DNA of 64,000 nt from Eledone cirrhosa (taxonomy: Eukaryota), in the NCBI GenBank assembly GCA_964016885.1, contig CAXHJY010000264.1:599932-663931 (forward strand). The letters are read 5' to 3'. Made by a program: the position numbers and the translations under genes. Each line of letters begins with the position of its first letter. The stretch's first letter is position 1. A model generated the notes under the pieces. The model was given only the letters and a program-made list of their open reading frames with translations, ran no database searches and was not told the DNA's origin. Positions 1 through 13,268 of this stretch are shown one piece after another.

Positions 1-910
1 ACAGTCAAACAGCATAAATACAAGCTTTACTAGATAGGAAATGACAATGGAGTAGATGGTGTAGGTATCTTACTAGCTGAGAAATGGATAGATAAGGAGA
101 TTGAGGTAGGTAGAGTAAGTTACAGGATTATCAAGCTTAGATTAACAGTAGGAAATAGAATGATGACCATTACATCTACCTATGTTCCACATGAAGGACT
201 GAGTAAAGAACAAAAGACAGGTTCTATGAGGAACTTTTACAGACAACTTCAGGTACTGATAAAGGTGACCTCATCATCCTGGCAAGCAACATCAACAGAT
301 ATGTGAGGCAGTACTAGGATAGATTCAGTGGAGTTCATGGCAGCTTCTGTATGGCTCAAGAAATGAAGAGGGATTGAAACTCCTGGAATTCTGTGATGTA
401 AATAAACTAACCATTTGCAACACGAATTTCAGGAAACCAGCCAGCCAGCCACCTTATCTTATATCAATCAGGCGAACACAAAAGCCAAATGGACTATTTA
501 CTTGTTAGATAACAAGACAAACGGACTGTAATAAATACTAAGATCTTCTATGGGAATGCACCGCTCAACACAAGTGATATCAAAATAAACATGAGACAGA
601 ACAAGACTCGTAGAAAAACATGGAGATGGAGGGGCTGGAAGTTAAAGGACCTCTCAGTTAAATATAAGTTTAGAAAGGTCTTACGGGATGCATTTGATGA
701 GAGAAGTGATGAGCTAGATGACTATGACATAGAAGACAACTGGAAATGTTTGTGCTAACCTTTTGTAAACTACTGACGTGACTTATGGCTGGAGTAGAGC
801 ACCAGCCAGTCTGTGGGTGACCTGGTGGTGGAACAGCTCAGTAGATGAAGCCATCAAAGCCAAGCCACAGGCTTGGAAAGATTGAATAAAATGGGGGTAG
901 CAGAGACTAG
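1..910 (+). pseudogene. Degenerate RTE-clade LINE fragment (APE endonuclease and linker region)
   Basis: From base 61 reads VGILLAEKWIDKEIEVGRVSYRIIKLRL, matching GVGIMVAEKWADKIIDVNRVNDRIIKIRL of the intact RTE at 53245-56523. Later LEFCD..L.ICNTNF and VTWWWN remnants; multiple stops and frameshifts. Confidence 0.85.
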
Positions 911-1797
911 TAGCAGGTGTCAAACACCTGTCACATATAGGACTGATTCAGCTATCGGCTGAGTCCATTGTGAAGATCATCCCGCTGTCTTCTTTCAGCT
1001 GAGAAGGGCAAGCAGCTTTCATCTGACTGGTGGTCATGGCAAAAGAGGATGTGTGGTGGATGTGTTTGAAAGGGTTGAAGTTGAGCACTTTCCTCTGCAA
1101 CGAAATCCAGATTAATTTTTCAAGTTTCACTTGAAGAGGAAAATCAGGATGGAGAGGGAAGTGCTGCCTTCAAGCAGTGATGAAAGGTGGGAGGGAGCGG
1201 TGAGCATGATCTGAGTGAATGGGCCTGCTCTGAGTAAACATCTACAAATTGGAGGACAACTGGGAGGGGGGACTTGCTCTAGCAGACAGAATGACCGTGG
1301 CTTTTTATGGGCTTTCTCCACAAGTCACCCTCAGAGGTCTTCCCGTATTGAGCAATTTGTTTTGTTTGGTTTTTAAATGTTTACTTTTTGGGAGCTTTTC
1401 TTATAACCCTTTTTACACACAAACCTCACAGTATGCTGCCTTTATTGCTTGCTTAGTATATCAGCTCTGTGTGGCTAATAATTAAACCATTATTATTGTT
1501 TCTATTATTACTTTGTCATGCAGTGTAGATGGAGTACTTAAGACATCTATCACGTTACAACAGGGACCTCATACATATAATACTTTTCTTTAACTGTGTG
1601 CAGTGGCTAACAAGGCTAAATTTTGTATGCCACCAATCCTGTAAGGTATTCCCAGGGACATTAAGTGTTGAACTTTTGATGGTATTGCCCAAATCACAAC
1701 TGCTATCAGTTTCACATTAACCTCTCATGTTCCAGTCTCGTCTTCTCCACTTTCATTTCGGAGTAGTTGGTGATTTTTTCCAACCTCTTGATCAAGC

Positions 1798-4700
1798 TGG
1801 GTCAGACAGGGTGTCACACTAGGTGACCAGGTCAGACAGGGTGTCACACTAGGTGACCAGGTCAGACAGGGTGTCACACTAGGTGACCAGGTCAGACAGG
1901 GTGTCACACTAGGTGACCAGGTCAGACAGTGTCACACTAACCAGGTCAGACAGGGTGTCACACTAGGTGACAAGGTCAGACAGTGTCACACTGTGACAAC
2001 ATTGAACAGTGTCAAATTATCTGACCAGGTCAGACTCGGTGTCACTAGGTAACCAGGTCAGACGGTGTCACACTAGGTGACCAGGTCAGACTGGGTGTCA
2101 CACTAAGTGACCAGGTCAGACTGGGTGTCACACTAGGTGACCAGGTCAGACTGGGTGTCACTAGGTGACCAGGTCAGACTGGGTGTCACACTAGGTGACC
2201 AGGTCAGACTGGGTGTCACATTAGCTGACCAGGTCAGACTGGGTGTCACATTAGCTGACCATGTCAGACTGGGTGTCACACTGGGTGTCACTAGGTGACC
2301 AGGTCAGACTGGGGGTTCCAGTAGGTGACCAGGTCAGACAGGGTATCATAGTAGGTGACCAGGTCAGACTGGTTGTCACACTAGGTCACCAGTCAGAGAG
2401 GGTGTCACACTAGGTCAGACACTGTCATACTAGGTGACCAGGTCAGACACTGTCACACTAGGTGACCAGGTCAGACAAGGTGTCACACTAGGTGACCAGG
2501 TCAGACAAGGTGTCACACTAGGTGACCAGGTCAGACAAGGTGTCACACTAGGTGACCAGGTCAGACTGGGCGTCACACTAGGTGACCAGGTCAGACAGTG
2601 TCACACTAGGTGACCAGGTCAGACAGTGTCATACTAGGTGACCAGGTCAGGCAGGGTGTCACACTAGGTACCAGGTCAGACATGGTGTGACACTAGGTAC
2701 CAGGTCAGAGACTGTCACACTAGGTGACCAGGTAAGACTGGGTGTCACTTGGTGACCAGGTCAGACAGTGTCACACTAGGTGACCAGATGTGACGGGGTG
2801 TCACACTAGGTGACCAGGTCAGACAGAGTGTCACACTGACCAGGTCAGACAGGGTGTCACACTAGGTGACAAGGTCAGACAGTGTCACACTATGTGACAA
2901 CATTAAACAGTGTCAAATTATCTGACCAGGTCAGACTGGGTGTCTACACTAGGTGACCAGGTCAGACGGTGTCACACTAGTTGACCAGGTCAGACTGGGT
3001 GTCACACTAGGTGACCAGGTCAGACAGTGTCACACTAGATGACCAGGTCAGACTGGGTGTGACACTAGTTGACCAGGTCAGACAGGGTATCATACTAGGT
3101 GACCAGGTCAGACTGGCTGTCACACTAGGTGACCAGGTCAGACTGGGTGTCACACTAGGTGACCAGGTCAGACAGGGTGTCACATTAGGTGACCAGGTCA
3201 CACTAGGTGACCAGGTCAGACAGGGTGTCACACTAGGTGACCAGGTCAGACTGGGTTTCACACTAGGTGACCAGGTCAGACAGGTTGTCACACGAGGTGA
3301 CCAGATCAGACTGGGTGTCACACTAAATGACCAAGTCAGACAGGGTTTCAGACGGTGACCAGGTCAGACTGGTTGTCACATTAGGTGACCAGGACAGACA
3401 GGGTGTCACACTACGTCAGTGTCACACTAGGTGACCAGGTCACGCAGGGTGTCACTGTGTGACCAGGTCAGACTGGGTGTCACACTAGGTGGCCAGATGA
3501 GACAGGGTATCACACTAGGAGTTCAGGTCAGACTGGGTGTCATGCTAGGTGACCAGGTCAGATAGGGTGTCACACTAGGTGAGCAGGTCGGACAGTCTCA
3601 CAATGAATGACCAAGTCAGACAGTGTCACAGTGACCAGGTCAGACTGGGTGTCACACTAGATAACCAGGTCAGACAGGGTGTCACATTAGGTGACCAGTT
3701 CACACAGGGCGACACTGACCTAGGTGACCAGGTCAGAAAGGGAGTCACTAGGAGACTAGGTCAAACTGGAGTGGGTGTCATACAAGGTGACCAGGTCAGA
3801 CGGTGTCACGCTAGGTGACCAGATGTGACGGGGTGTCACACTAGGTGACAAGAACTGACGGGGTGTCACACTAGGTGACCTGGTCAGTCAGTGTTTCACT
3901 GTGACCAGGTCAGACTGCGTGTCACACTAGGTGACCAGGTCAGACAGTGTGTCACACTAGGTGACCAGGTCAGACTGTGTGTCACACTAGGTGACCAGGT
4001 GAGACAGGTTGTCACTAGGTGACCAGGTCAGACGGTGTCAAACTAGGTGACCAGGTCAGACAGAGTGTCACACTAGGTGACCAGGTCACACTACATGACC
4101 AGGTCAGACAGTGTCACACTAGGTGACCAGGTCAGACTGGGTATCATACTAGGTGACAGGGCAGACTAGGTGACCAGGTCAGACAGTTTCACACTATATG
4201 ACCAGGTCAGACAGGGTGTCACTAAGTGACCAGGTCAGACGGTGTCACACTAGGTGACCAGGTCAGACAGGGTGTCACACGAGGTGACCAGGTCAGACTG
4301 GGTGTCACACAAGGTGACCAGGTCAGACGGTGTCACACTAGGTGACCAGGTCAGACTGAGGGTCACAGTAGGTGACCAGGTCAGACAGTGTCACATGAGG
4401 TGACCAGGTCAGTGTCACACTAGATGACCAGGTCAGACTGTGTCACACTGTGACCAGGTCAGACTGGGTGTCACACTAGGTGACCAGGTCACACAGGGCG
4501 ACACTGACCTCGGTGACCAGGTCAAAAAGAGACTCACTATGTGACTAGGTCAGACTGGACTGGGTGTCATACAAGGTGACCAGGTCAGACGGTGTCACAC
4601 TGGTTGACCAGGTCAGAGTGTGTCACTAAGTGACCAGGTCAGACTGGGTATCACACTACATTACCAGGTCAGACAGAGTGTGACATTAGGTGAGGAAGTC

Positions 4701-7700
4701 AGACAGTGTCACACTAGGTGACCAGGTTAGACTGGGTGTCACACTAGGTGACCAGGTCAGACAGTGTGAAACTAGGTGACCAGGTCTGACTGGGTGTCAC
4801 AGTAGGTGACCAAGTCAGACGGTGTCACACTAGGTGACCAGGTCAGACAGGGTGTCACACTAGGTGACATGGTCAGACTGGGTGTCACACAAGGTGACCA
4901 GGTCAGACTGAGGGTCACGGTAGGTGACCAGATCAGACAGTGTCACACTAGGTGACCAGGTCAGACTGGGTGTCACACTAAGTGACCAGGTCAGACTGTC
5001 ACACTAGGTGACCAGGTCAGACTGGGTGTCACACTAGTTGACCAGGTCAGACAGGGTATCATACTAGGTGACAGGGCAGACTAGGTGACAGAGGTCAGAC
5101 AGTGTCACATGAGGTGACCAGGTCAGACTGGGTGTCACATTAGGTGGCAGGTCAGACAGTGTCACACTAGGTAACCAGGTCAGACTGGGTGTCAAAGTAG
5201 GTGACCAGGTCAGATAGGGTGTCACACTAGGTGACATGGTCAGACAGTTTCACACTAGGTGACAAGGTCAGACTCGATGTCATACTAGGTGGCCAGGTCA
5301 GACAGTGTCACACTATGTGACGACGTCAGACTGGGTGTCACACAAGGTGACCAGGTCAGAGATTGTAACACTAGGTGACCAGGTCAGACTGGGTGTCACG
5401 AGATGACCAGGTCAGACTGGGTGTCACAGTAGGTGACCAGGTCAGACAGGGTGTCACACTAGGTGAGGAGGTCAGACAGTGTCACACTAGCTGACCAGGT
5501 CAGACTGGGTGTCACACTAGAGGACCAGGTCAGACAGGGTGTCACACTAGGTGAGGAGGTCAGACAGTGTCACACTAGCTGACCAGGTCAGACTGGGTGT
5601 CACACTAGGTGACCAGGTCAGTGAGTTTCACACTATATGACCAGGTCAGACTGGGTGTCACACTAGGTGACCAGGTCAGACAGGGTGTCACACTAAGTGA
5701 CCAGGTCAGACTGCGTGTCACACTAGGTGACCAGGTCAGTGAGTTTCACACTATATGACCAGGTCAGACTGGGTGTCACACTAGGTGACCAGGTCAGACA
5801 GGGTGTCACACTAAGTGACCAGGTCAGACTGCGTGTCACACTAGGTGACCAGGTCAGACTGGGTGTCACACTAGGTGAGGAGGTCAGACAGTTTCACACT
5901 ATATGACCAGGTCAGACAGGGTGTCACACTAGGTGACCAGGCCAGACAGGGTATCACACTAGATGACCAGGTCAGACAGGGTGTCACACTAAGTGACCAG
6001 GTCAGACTGGGTGTCACACCAGGTGACCAGGTCAGACTGGGTGTCACACTATGTGACAAGATCAAACTGGGTGTCACACAAGGTGACCTGGTCAGACAGG
6101 GTGTCACACTAGGTGACCAGGTCAGACAGTGTCACACTAGGTGACCAGGTCAGACGGTGTCACACTAGCTGACCAAATCAGACGGTGTCACACTAGGTGA
6201 ACAGGTCAGACTGGGTGTCACACTAGGTTACCAGGTCAGATAGAGTGTCACACTAGGTGAACAGGTCAGACTGGGTGTCACACTAGGTTACCAGGTCAGA
6301 TAGAGTGTCACACTAGGTGACCCGGTCAGACTGGGATGTCACTAGGTGACCAGGTCAGACAGGGTGTCACCATAGATGACCAGGTCAGACTGGGTGTCAC
6401 AGTAGGTGACCAAATCAGACAGTGTCACACTAGGTAACCAGGTCAGATAGTGTCACACTAGGTGACTGGGGTGTCACTAGGTGACCAGGTCAGACGGTGT
6501 CACACTAGGTGACCAGGTCAGACAGGGTGTCACAGTAGGTGACCAGGTCAGACTGGGCGTCACACTAGGTGACCAGGTCAGACTGGTTGTCACACTAGGT
6601 GACCAGGTCTGACTGGCTGTCACACTAGGTGACCAGGTCAGACAGTGTCACACTAGGTGACCAGGCCAGACTGGGTGTCACTAGGTGACCAGGTCAGACA
6701 GGTTGTCACACTAGGTGACCAGGTCAGACATGGTGTCACACTAGGTGACCAGGTCAGACGGTGTCACACTAGGTGACCAGGTCATACAGGTTGGCAGTAG
6801 GTGACCAGGTCAGACATTGTCACACTAGTTGACCATGTCAGCCTGGATGTCACACTATATGACCAGGTCAGACTGGGTGTCACGAGATGACCAGGTCAGA
6901 CTGGATGTCACACTAGGTGACCAGGTCAGACTGGGTGTCATACTAGGTGACCAGGTCAGACAGGGTATTATACCAGGTGACAAGGTCAGACTGGTTGTCG
7001 CACTAGGTGCCCAGTTCAGACTGTCAAACTGGGTGAGCAGGTGTTACTGGGTGTCACACTAGGTGGCCAGGTCAGACAGTGTCACACTAGGTGACCAGGT
7101 CAGATAGGGTGTCACACTAGGTGACATGGTCAGACAGTGTCACACTAGGTGGCCAGGTCAGACAGTGTCACACTAGGTGACCAGGTCAGACTGGGTGTCA
7201 TACTAGGTGACCAGGTCAGTCAGGGTGTCACTACGTGGCCAGGTCAGACAGAGTGTCACACTGTGGTCACGTCAGACCAGGTGTCACACAAGGTGACCAG
7301 GTCAGACAGTGTCACACTAGGGGACCAGGTCAGACAGGGTGTCACACTAGGTGAGGAGGGCAGACAGTGTTACACTAGGTGACCAGGTCAGACAGGGTAT
7401 CACATCAGCTGACCAGCTCAGACTGGGTGTCACACTAGGTGACCAGGTCAGAGTTTCACACTATGACCAGGTCAGACAGGGTGTCACTAAGTGACCAGGT
7501 CAGACGGTGTTACACTAGATGACCAGGCCAGACAGGGTATCACACTAGATGACCAGGTCAGACAGGGTGTCACACTAAGTGACCAGGTCACACCAAGTCA
7601 GACTGGGTGTCACACTAGGTGACCAGGTCAGACAGTGTCACACTAGCTGACCAGGTCAGAAAGGCAGTCACTAGATGACTAGGTCAAAACTGGACTGGGT

Positions 7701-10700
7701 GTCACACAAGGTAACCAGGTCAGACGGTGTCACACGAAGTGACCAGATGTGACGGGGTGTCACACTAGGTGACCAGGTTAGACTGACCAGGTCAGTCGGT
7801 GGTTGACTGTGTGACCAGGTCAGACTGCATGTCACACTAGGTGACCAGGTTAGACTGGGTGTCATACTAGGTGACCAGGTCAGACAGGGTATCATGCTAG
7901 GTGACAAGGTCAGACTGGTTGTCACACTAGGTGCCCAGGTGAGACAGTGTCACACTAGGTGACCAGGTGTTACTGCTTGTCACACTAGGTGGCCAGGTCA
8001 GACAGTGTCACACTAGGTGACCAGGTCAGACTAGGTGTCACACTAGGTGACCAGGTCAGATAGGGTGTCACACTAGGTGACATGGTTAGACAGTGTCACA
8101 CTAGGTGACCAGGTAAGACTTGATGTCACACTAAGTGACCAGGTCAGACTGGGTGTCATACTGGGTGACCAGGTCAGTCAGGGTATCACACTAGGTGACA
8201 TGGTCAGACAGCGTGTCACACTGTGATCACGTCAGACTGGGTGTCACACTAGGTGACCAGGTCAGACTGGGTGTCACACTAGGTGACCAGGTCAGATAGG
8301 GTGTCACACTAGGTGACATGGTCAGACAGTGTCACACTAGGTGACCAGGTAAGACTTGATGTCACACTAGGTGACCAGGTCAGACTGGGTGTCATACTAG
8401 GTGACCAGGTCAGTCAGGGTGTCACACTAAGTGGCCAGGTCAGACAGCGTGTCACACTGTGATCACGTCAGAATGGGTGTCACACAGGGTGACCAGGTCA
8501 GACAGTCTCACACTAGGTGACCAGGTCAGACTGGGTGATACAGTAGGTGACCAGGTCCAACTGAGTGTCACACTAGGGGACCAGGTCAGACAGGGTGTCC
8601 CACTAGGTGAGGAGGTCAGACAGTGTTACACTAGGTGTCCAGGTCAGACAGGGTGTCACATTAGCTGACCAGGTCAGACTGGATGTCACACTAGGGGACC
8701 AGGTCAGACAGTGTTACACTAGGTGTCAAGGTCAGACAGGGTGTCACATCAGCTGACCAGGTCAGACTGGGTGTCACACTAGGTGACCAGGTCAGACAGT
8801 TTCACACTATATGACCAGGTCAGACAGGGTGTCACACTAAGTGACCAGGTCAGACGGTGTTACACTAGGTGACCAGGCCAGACAGGGTATCACACTAGAT
8901 GACCAGGTCAGACAGGGTGTCACACTAAGTGACCAGGTCAGACTGGGTGTCACACCAGGTGACCAGGTCAGACTGGGTGTCACACTATGTGACCAGGTCA
9001 GACTGAGGGTCACAGTAGGTGACCAGGTCAGACTGGGTGTCACACTAGGTGACCAGGTCAGACAGTGTCACACTAGCTGACCAGGTCAGAAAGGGAGTCA
9101 CTAGGTGACTAGGTCAAAACTGGACTGGGTGTCATACAAGGTGAGCAGGGCAGATGGTGTCACACTAAGTGACCAGATGTGAAGGGGTGTCACACTAGGT
9201 GACCAGGTCAGTCAGTGTTTCACTGTGTGACCAGGTCAGACTGCGTGTCACACTAGGTGGCCAGGTCAGACAGTGTCACACTACGACCAGGTCAGACAGT
9301 GTCACAGTGTGTGACCAGGTCAGACTGTGTCACACTAGGTAACCAGGTGAGCAGGTTGTCACTAGGTGACCAGGTCAGACAGGGTGTCAAACTAGGTGAC
9401 CAGGTCAGACAGAGTGTCACACTAGGTGACAAGTCAGACAATGTCACACTAGGTGACCAGGTCAGACAGGGTGTCACACTAGGTGACCAGGTCAGAGTGT
9501 CACACTAGTTGACCAGGTCAGACAGTGTCACATGAGGTGATCAGCTTAGACAGTGTCAAACTAGGTGACCAGGTCTGACTGGGTGTCACACTAGGTGGCC
9601 AGGTCAGACAGTGTCACACTAGGTGACCAGGTCACACTGGGTGTCACAGTAGGTGACCAAGTCAGACTGGGTGTCACACTAGGTGACCAGGTCAGACGGT
9701 GTCACACTAGGTGACCAGGTCAGAGTGTGTCACACTAGTTGACCAGGTCAGACTGGGTGTCACACTACATGACCAGGTCAGACAGTGTATCATACTAGGT
9801 GACAAGGTCAGACTGGCTGTCACACTAGGTGACCAGGTCAGACTGGGTGTCACAGTATGTGACCAGGTCAGACAGTGTCACATTAGGGGACCAGGTCAGA
9901 CAGGGTGTCACACTAGGTGGAGGTCAGACAGTGTTACACTAGGTGACCAGGTCAGACAGTGTTACACTAGGTGACCAGGTCAGACTGGGTGTCACACTAA
10001 GTGACCAGGAGAAACGGTGTCACACTAGGTGACCTAGTCAGACAGGGTGTCACTAGGTGACCAGGTCAGATAGAGTGTCACACTAAGTGACCCGGTCAGA
10101 GTGGGATGTCACTAGGTGACCAGGTCAGACAGGGCGTCACACTAGGTGACCAGGTTGGACTGGGTGTCACAGTAGGTGACCAGGTCAGACTGGGTATTAT
10201 ACTAGGTGACAAGGTCAGACTGGTTGTCACACAAGGTGATCAGGTCTCACTGGCTGTCACACTAGGTGACCAGGTCAGACAGTGTCACGCTAGGTGACCA
10301 GGTCAGACTGGGTGTAACACTAGGTGACCAAGTTAGACTGGGCGTCAGACTAGGTGACCAGGTCAGACTGGGTGTCACACTAGGTGACCAGGTCAGACAT
10401 GGTGTCACACTAGGTGACCAGGTCAGACTGGGTGTCACACTAGGTGACCAGGTCAGACAGGGTGTCACACTAGGTGACCAGGTCAGACTGGGTGTCACTA
10501 GGTGACCAGGTCAGACTGGGTGTCACACTAGGTGACCTGGTCAGACAGGGTGTTACACTAGGTGACCAGGTCAGCCTGGCTGTCACACTAGGTGACCAGG
10601 TCAGACTGGGTGTCACAGTAAGTGACCAGGTCAGACTGGGTGTCACTAGGTGACCAGGTCAGACTGGGTCGCACACTAGGTGACCAGGTCAGACTGGGTG

Positions 10701-12230
10701 TCACACTAGGTGACCAGGTCAGACTGGGTGTCACTAGGTGACCAGCTCAGACAGTGTCACACTAGGTGACCAGGTCCGACAGGGTATCACACTAGATAAC
10801 CAGGTCAGACTGGGTGTCACACTAGGTGACCAGGTCAGACAGGGTGTCACACTAGGTACCAGGTCAAACTGGCTGTCACACTAGGTGACCAGGTCAGACA
10901 GTGTCATACTAGATGACCAGGTCAGACAGGGTCTCACACTAGGTGACCAGGTCAGACTGGGGTGTCACTAGGTGACCAGGTCAGACAGGGTGTCACACTA
11001 GGTACCAGGTCAGACTAGGTGCCACTAGGTGACCAGGTCAGACTGGGTGTCACAGTAGCTGACTAGGTTAGACTGGTTGTCACACTAGGTGACCAGGTCA
11101 GACTGGCTGTCACACTAGGTGACCAGGTCAGATAGTGTCACATGAGGTGACCAGGCCAGACAGTGTCAAACTAGGTGACCAGGTCAGACTGGATGTCACA
11201 CTAGGTGAGGAGGTCAGACAGTGTTACATTACGTGACCAGGTCTGACAGGGTGTCACACTAGGTGACCAGGTTAGACTGCGTGTCACTAGCTGACCAATC
11301 CGACAGAGCATGACACTAGGTGACCAGGTCAGACTGGGTGTCATAATAGGCGACCAGGTCAGACTAGGTGTCACACTAGGTGACCAAGTCAGACAGTGTC
11401 ACACTAGGTGACCAGGGCAGACAGTGTCACACAAGGTACCAGGTCAGACTGCGTGTCACACTATGTGACCAGGTCAGACGGGGTGTCACACTAGGGGACC
11501 AAGTCAGATGGGGTGTCACACTAGGGGACCAGGTCAGACGGTGTCACTGTGTGACCAGGTCAGCCTGGGTGTCGCACTAGGCGGCCAGATCAGACTGGGT
11601 GCCACACTAGGCGACCAGGTCAGACTGGGTGTCACACTAGGTGAGGAGGTCAGACTGGGTGTCACACTAGGTGACCAGGTCAGACAGTGTCACACTAGGT
11701 GGCCAGGTCAGACAGTGTCACAGTAGGTGACCATGTCAGACAGGATGTCAAAGTAGGTGACCAGGTCGGACAGGGTCACACTAGGTGGCCAGGTCAGACA
11801 GTGTCACAGTAGGTGACCAGGTCAGACAGCATGTCAAAGTAGGTGACCAGGTCGGACAGGGTCACACTGGGTGACCAGGTCAGACAGTGTCACACTGTGA
11901 TCAGGTCAGACTGGGCGCCACACTAGGTGACCAGGTGAGACAGGGTGTCACACTAGGTGACCAGGTGAGACAGAGTGTCAAACTAGGTGACCAGTTCAGA
12001 CAGAGTGTCACACTAGGTGACAAGGTCAGACAGTGTGACACTAGGTGACCAGGTCAGACAGGGTGTGACACTAGGTGACCAGGTCTGACTGGGTGTCACA
12101 ATTAGTAACCCGGCCAGATATTTTCTCCATACCCTCCTGATCAGACGGTGTTACACTAGGTGACCAGGTGGTAACTAGGCCATATACTTCTCTTTCCATA
12201 CCCTCCTGGGTCAGACAGGGTGTCACACTA
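1798..12230. repeat. Tandem satellite, consensus 30 bp GGTGACCAGGTCAGAC(A/T)GGGTGTCACACTA, with 27-28 bp variants
   Basis: Directly visible tandem array of about 10.3 kb, roughly 350 units by length. Two isolated remnants at 12140-12230. Confidence 0.98.
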
Positions 12231-12580
12231 GATCTAATTCATATATTCCATTTTTGGGGGTATGATCTCACTAGCCAGCATCCATGTGGGTATGGGTTGG
12301 ATTAGAGTAGGAGAGGAGATGAATGAGGCAGTGGAAAAGGAACAGCCTTTCCATGCAGGAAGGAGCTGGACTGGGGTTCTTATTAAAACATCCAAGAAAC
12401 CTCCCATATGACACAACCTTGTAGGAGGTCAGCTGAAACTACATAGGTGTGAAATGGAACAACATGTAGAATGTTGTTAGGACTGGGCTCACTATCATTA
12501 AAACATCTGAGAAACTTTCTCTAAGACACAAACTTGTAGGAGGCAGCTAAACCTCCAAAGGTGTTAGCTGTAGCTGTGAC

Positions 12581-12780
12581 AATAATAATTGTTTCTACTT
12601 TTGGCACAAGGCCAGCAATTATCCCAGTACATTACTGGTACTTTATTTTATCGACCCCGTAATGGTGAAAGGCAAAGTTAATCTCAGCGGGATTTGAACT
12701 CAGATTATAAAGGGAGGTAACTCTATGCTTCAAAGCATGGCACCCGACCCTCTACCGATACTGCCAATCCACCGCCTAAT
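12581..12780 (-). mobile_element. tRNA-derived SINE (family A) in an (AAT)n tract
   Basis: Reverse complement starts GGCGGTGGATTGGCAGTATCGGTAGAG and has box B GAGTTCAAATCC. Homologous to the copy at 18043-18231. (AAT)n on both sides. Confidence 0.85.
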
Positions 12781-12881
12781 AATAATATTTACTCGCCAGA
12801 TCTGCCCAGACCACAGCAGCACTTACAAAACTTAAGACCACCTGGAATGAGAAGGACATAGAATGAAGGACACACAATGAA

Positions 12882-13180
12882 GGCGCGTGGCTTAGTGGTT
12901 AGAGCATTGGCCTTGCAATCGAAAGGTTGTGAGTTCAATTCTCAGACCGGGCGATGTGTTGTTTCCTTGAGCAAGACACTTTATTTCACATTGCTCCAGT
13001 TTACTCAGCTGTAGAAATGAGATGATAGGGACATCGAGGTGCCACGGCCAAAAAGCACCCAGCCCACACTGTAAAGTGGACGTGTAGGAAGGTGTTAGGA
13101 AGGGCATCCAGCTGTAGAAATCAAGCCAGAATCAGTTCCCGTCCCACCCTTGCAAGCAGGGAAAAAGCGGACGTAAAATG
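12882..13180 (+). mobile_element. tRNA-headed CORE-type SINE with an RTE-like 3' tail
   Basis: Box A TGGCTTAGTGG and box B GAGTTCAATTC. CCTTGAGCAAGACACTT...CAGTTTACTCAGCTGTAGAAATG resembles the MIR CORE domain. Tail TGTTAGGAAGGGCATCCAGCTGTAGAAA...GGACGTAAAATGA matches the RTE 3' UTR. Confidence 0.85.
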
Positions 13181-13196
13181 AAATATATATATATAT

Positions 13197-13268
13197 ATAA
13201 AATAATAAAATAAAATAAAAATATATATATATATATATATATATTTTTATTTTATTTTATTATTTTAT
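13197..13268. repeat. Perfect 72-bp AT-only palindrome centred on (TA)n
   Basis: ATAAAATAATAAAATAAAATAAAA-(AT)12-TTTTATTTTATTTTATTATTTTAT; arms checked base by base. Confidence 0.95.

Noticed and set aside
930-1790. Short ORFs or possible host exons
   Set aside because: No recognisable domain; faint LINE-like remnants are too degraded to call.
1725-11726. VTLGDQVRQG and VTPCLTWSPS repeat ORFs
   Set aside because: By-product of a 30-bp unit; frequent 27-28 bp units break every frame.
1798-12230. CRISPR-like array
   Set aside because: Units are contiguous with no unique spacers, there are no cas genes, and the context is eukaryotic.
12882-12952. tRNA gene
   Set aside because: A and B boxes are present, but the cloverleaf is poor and it continues into a CORE domain and LINE tail, so it is a SINE head.
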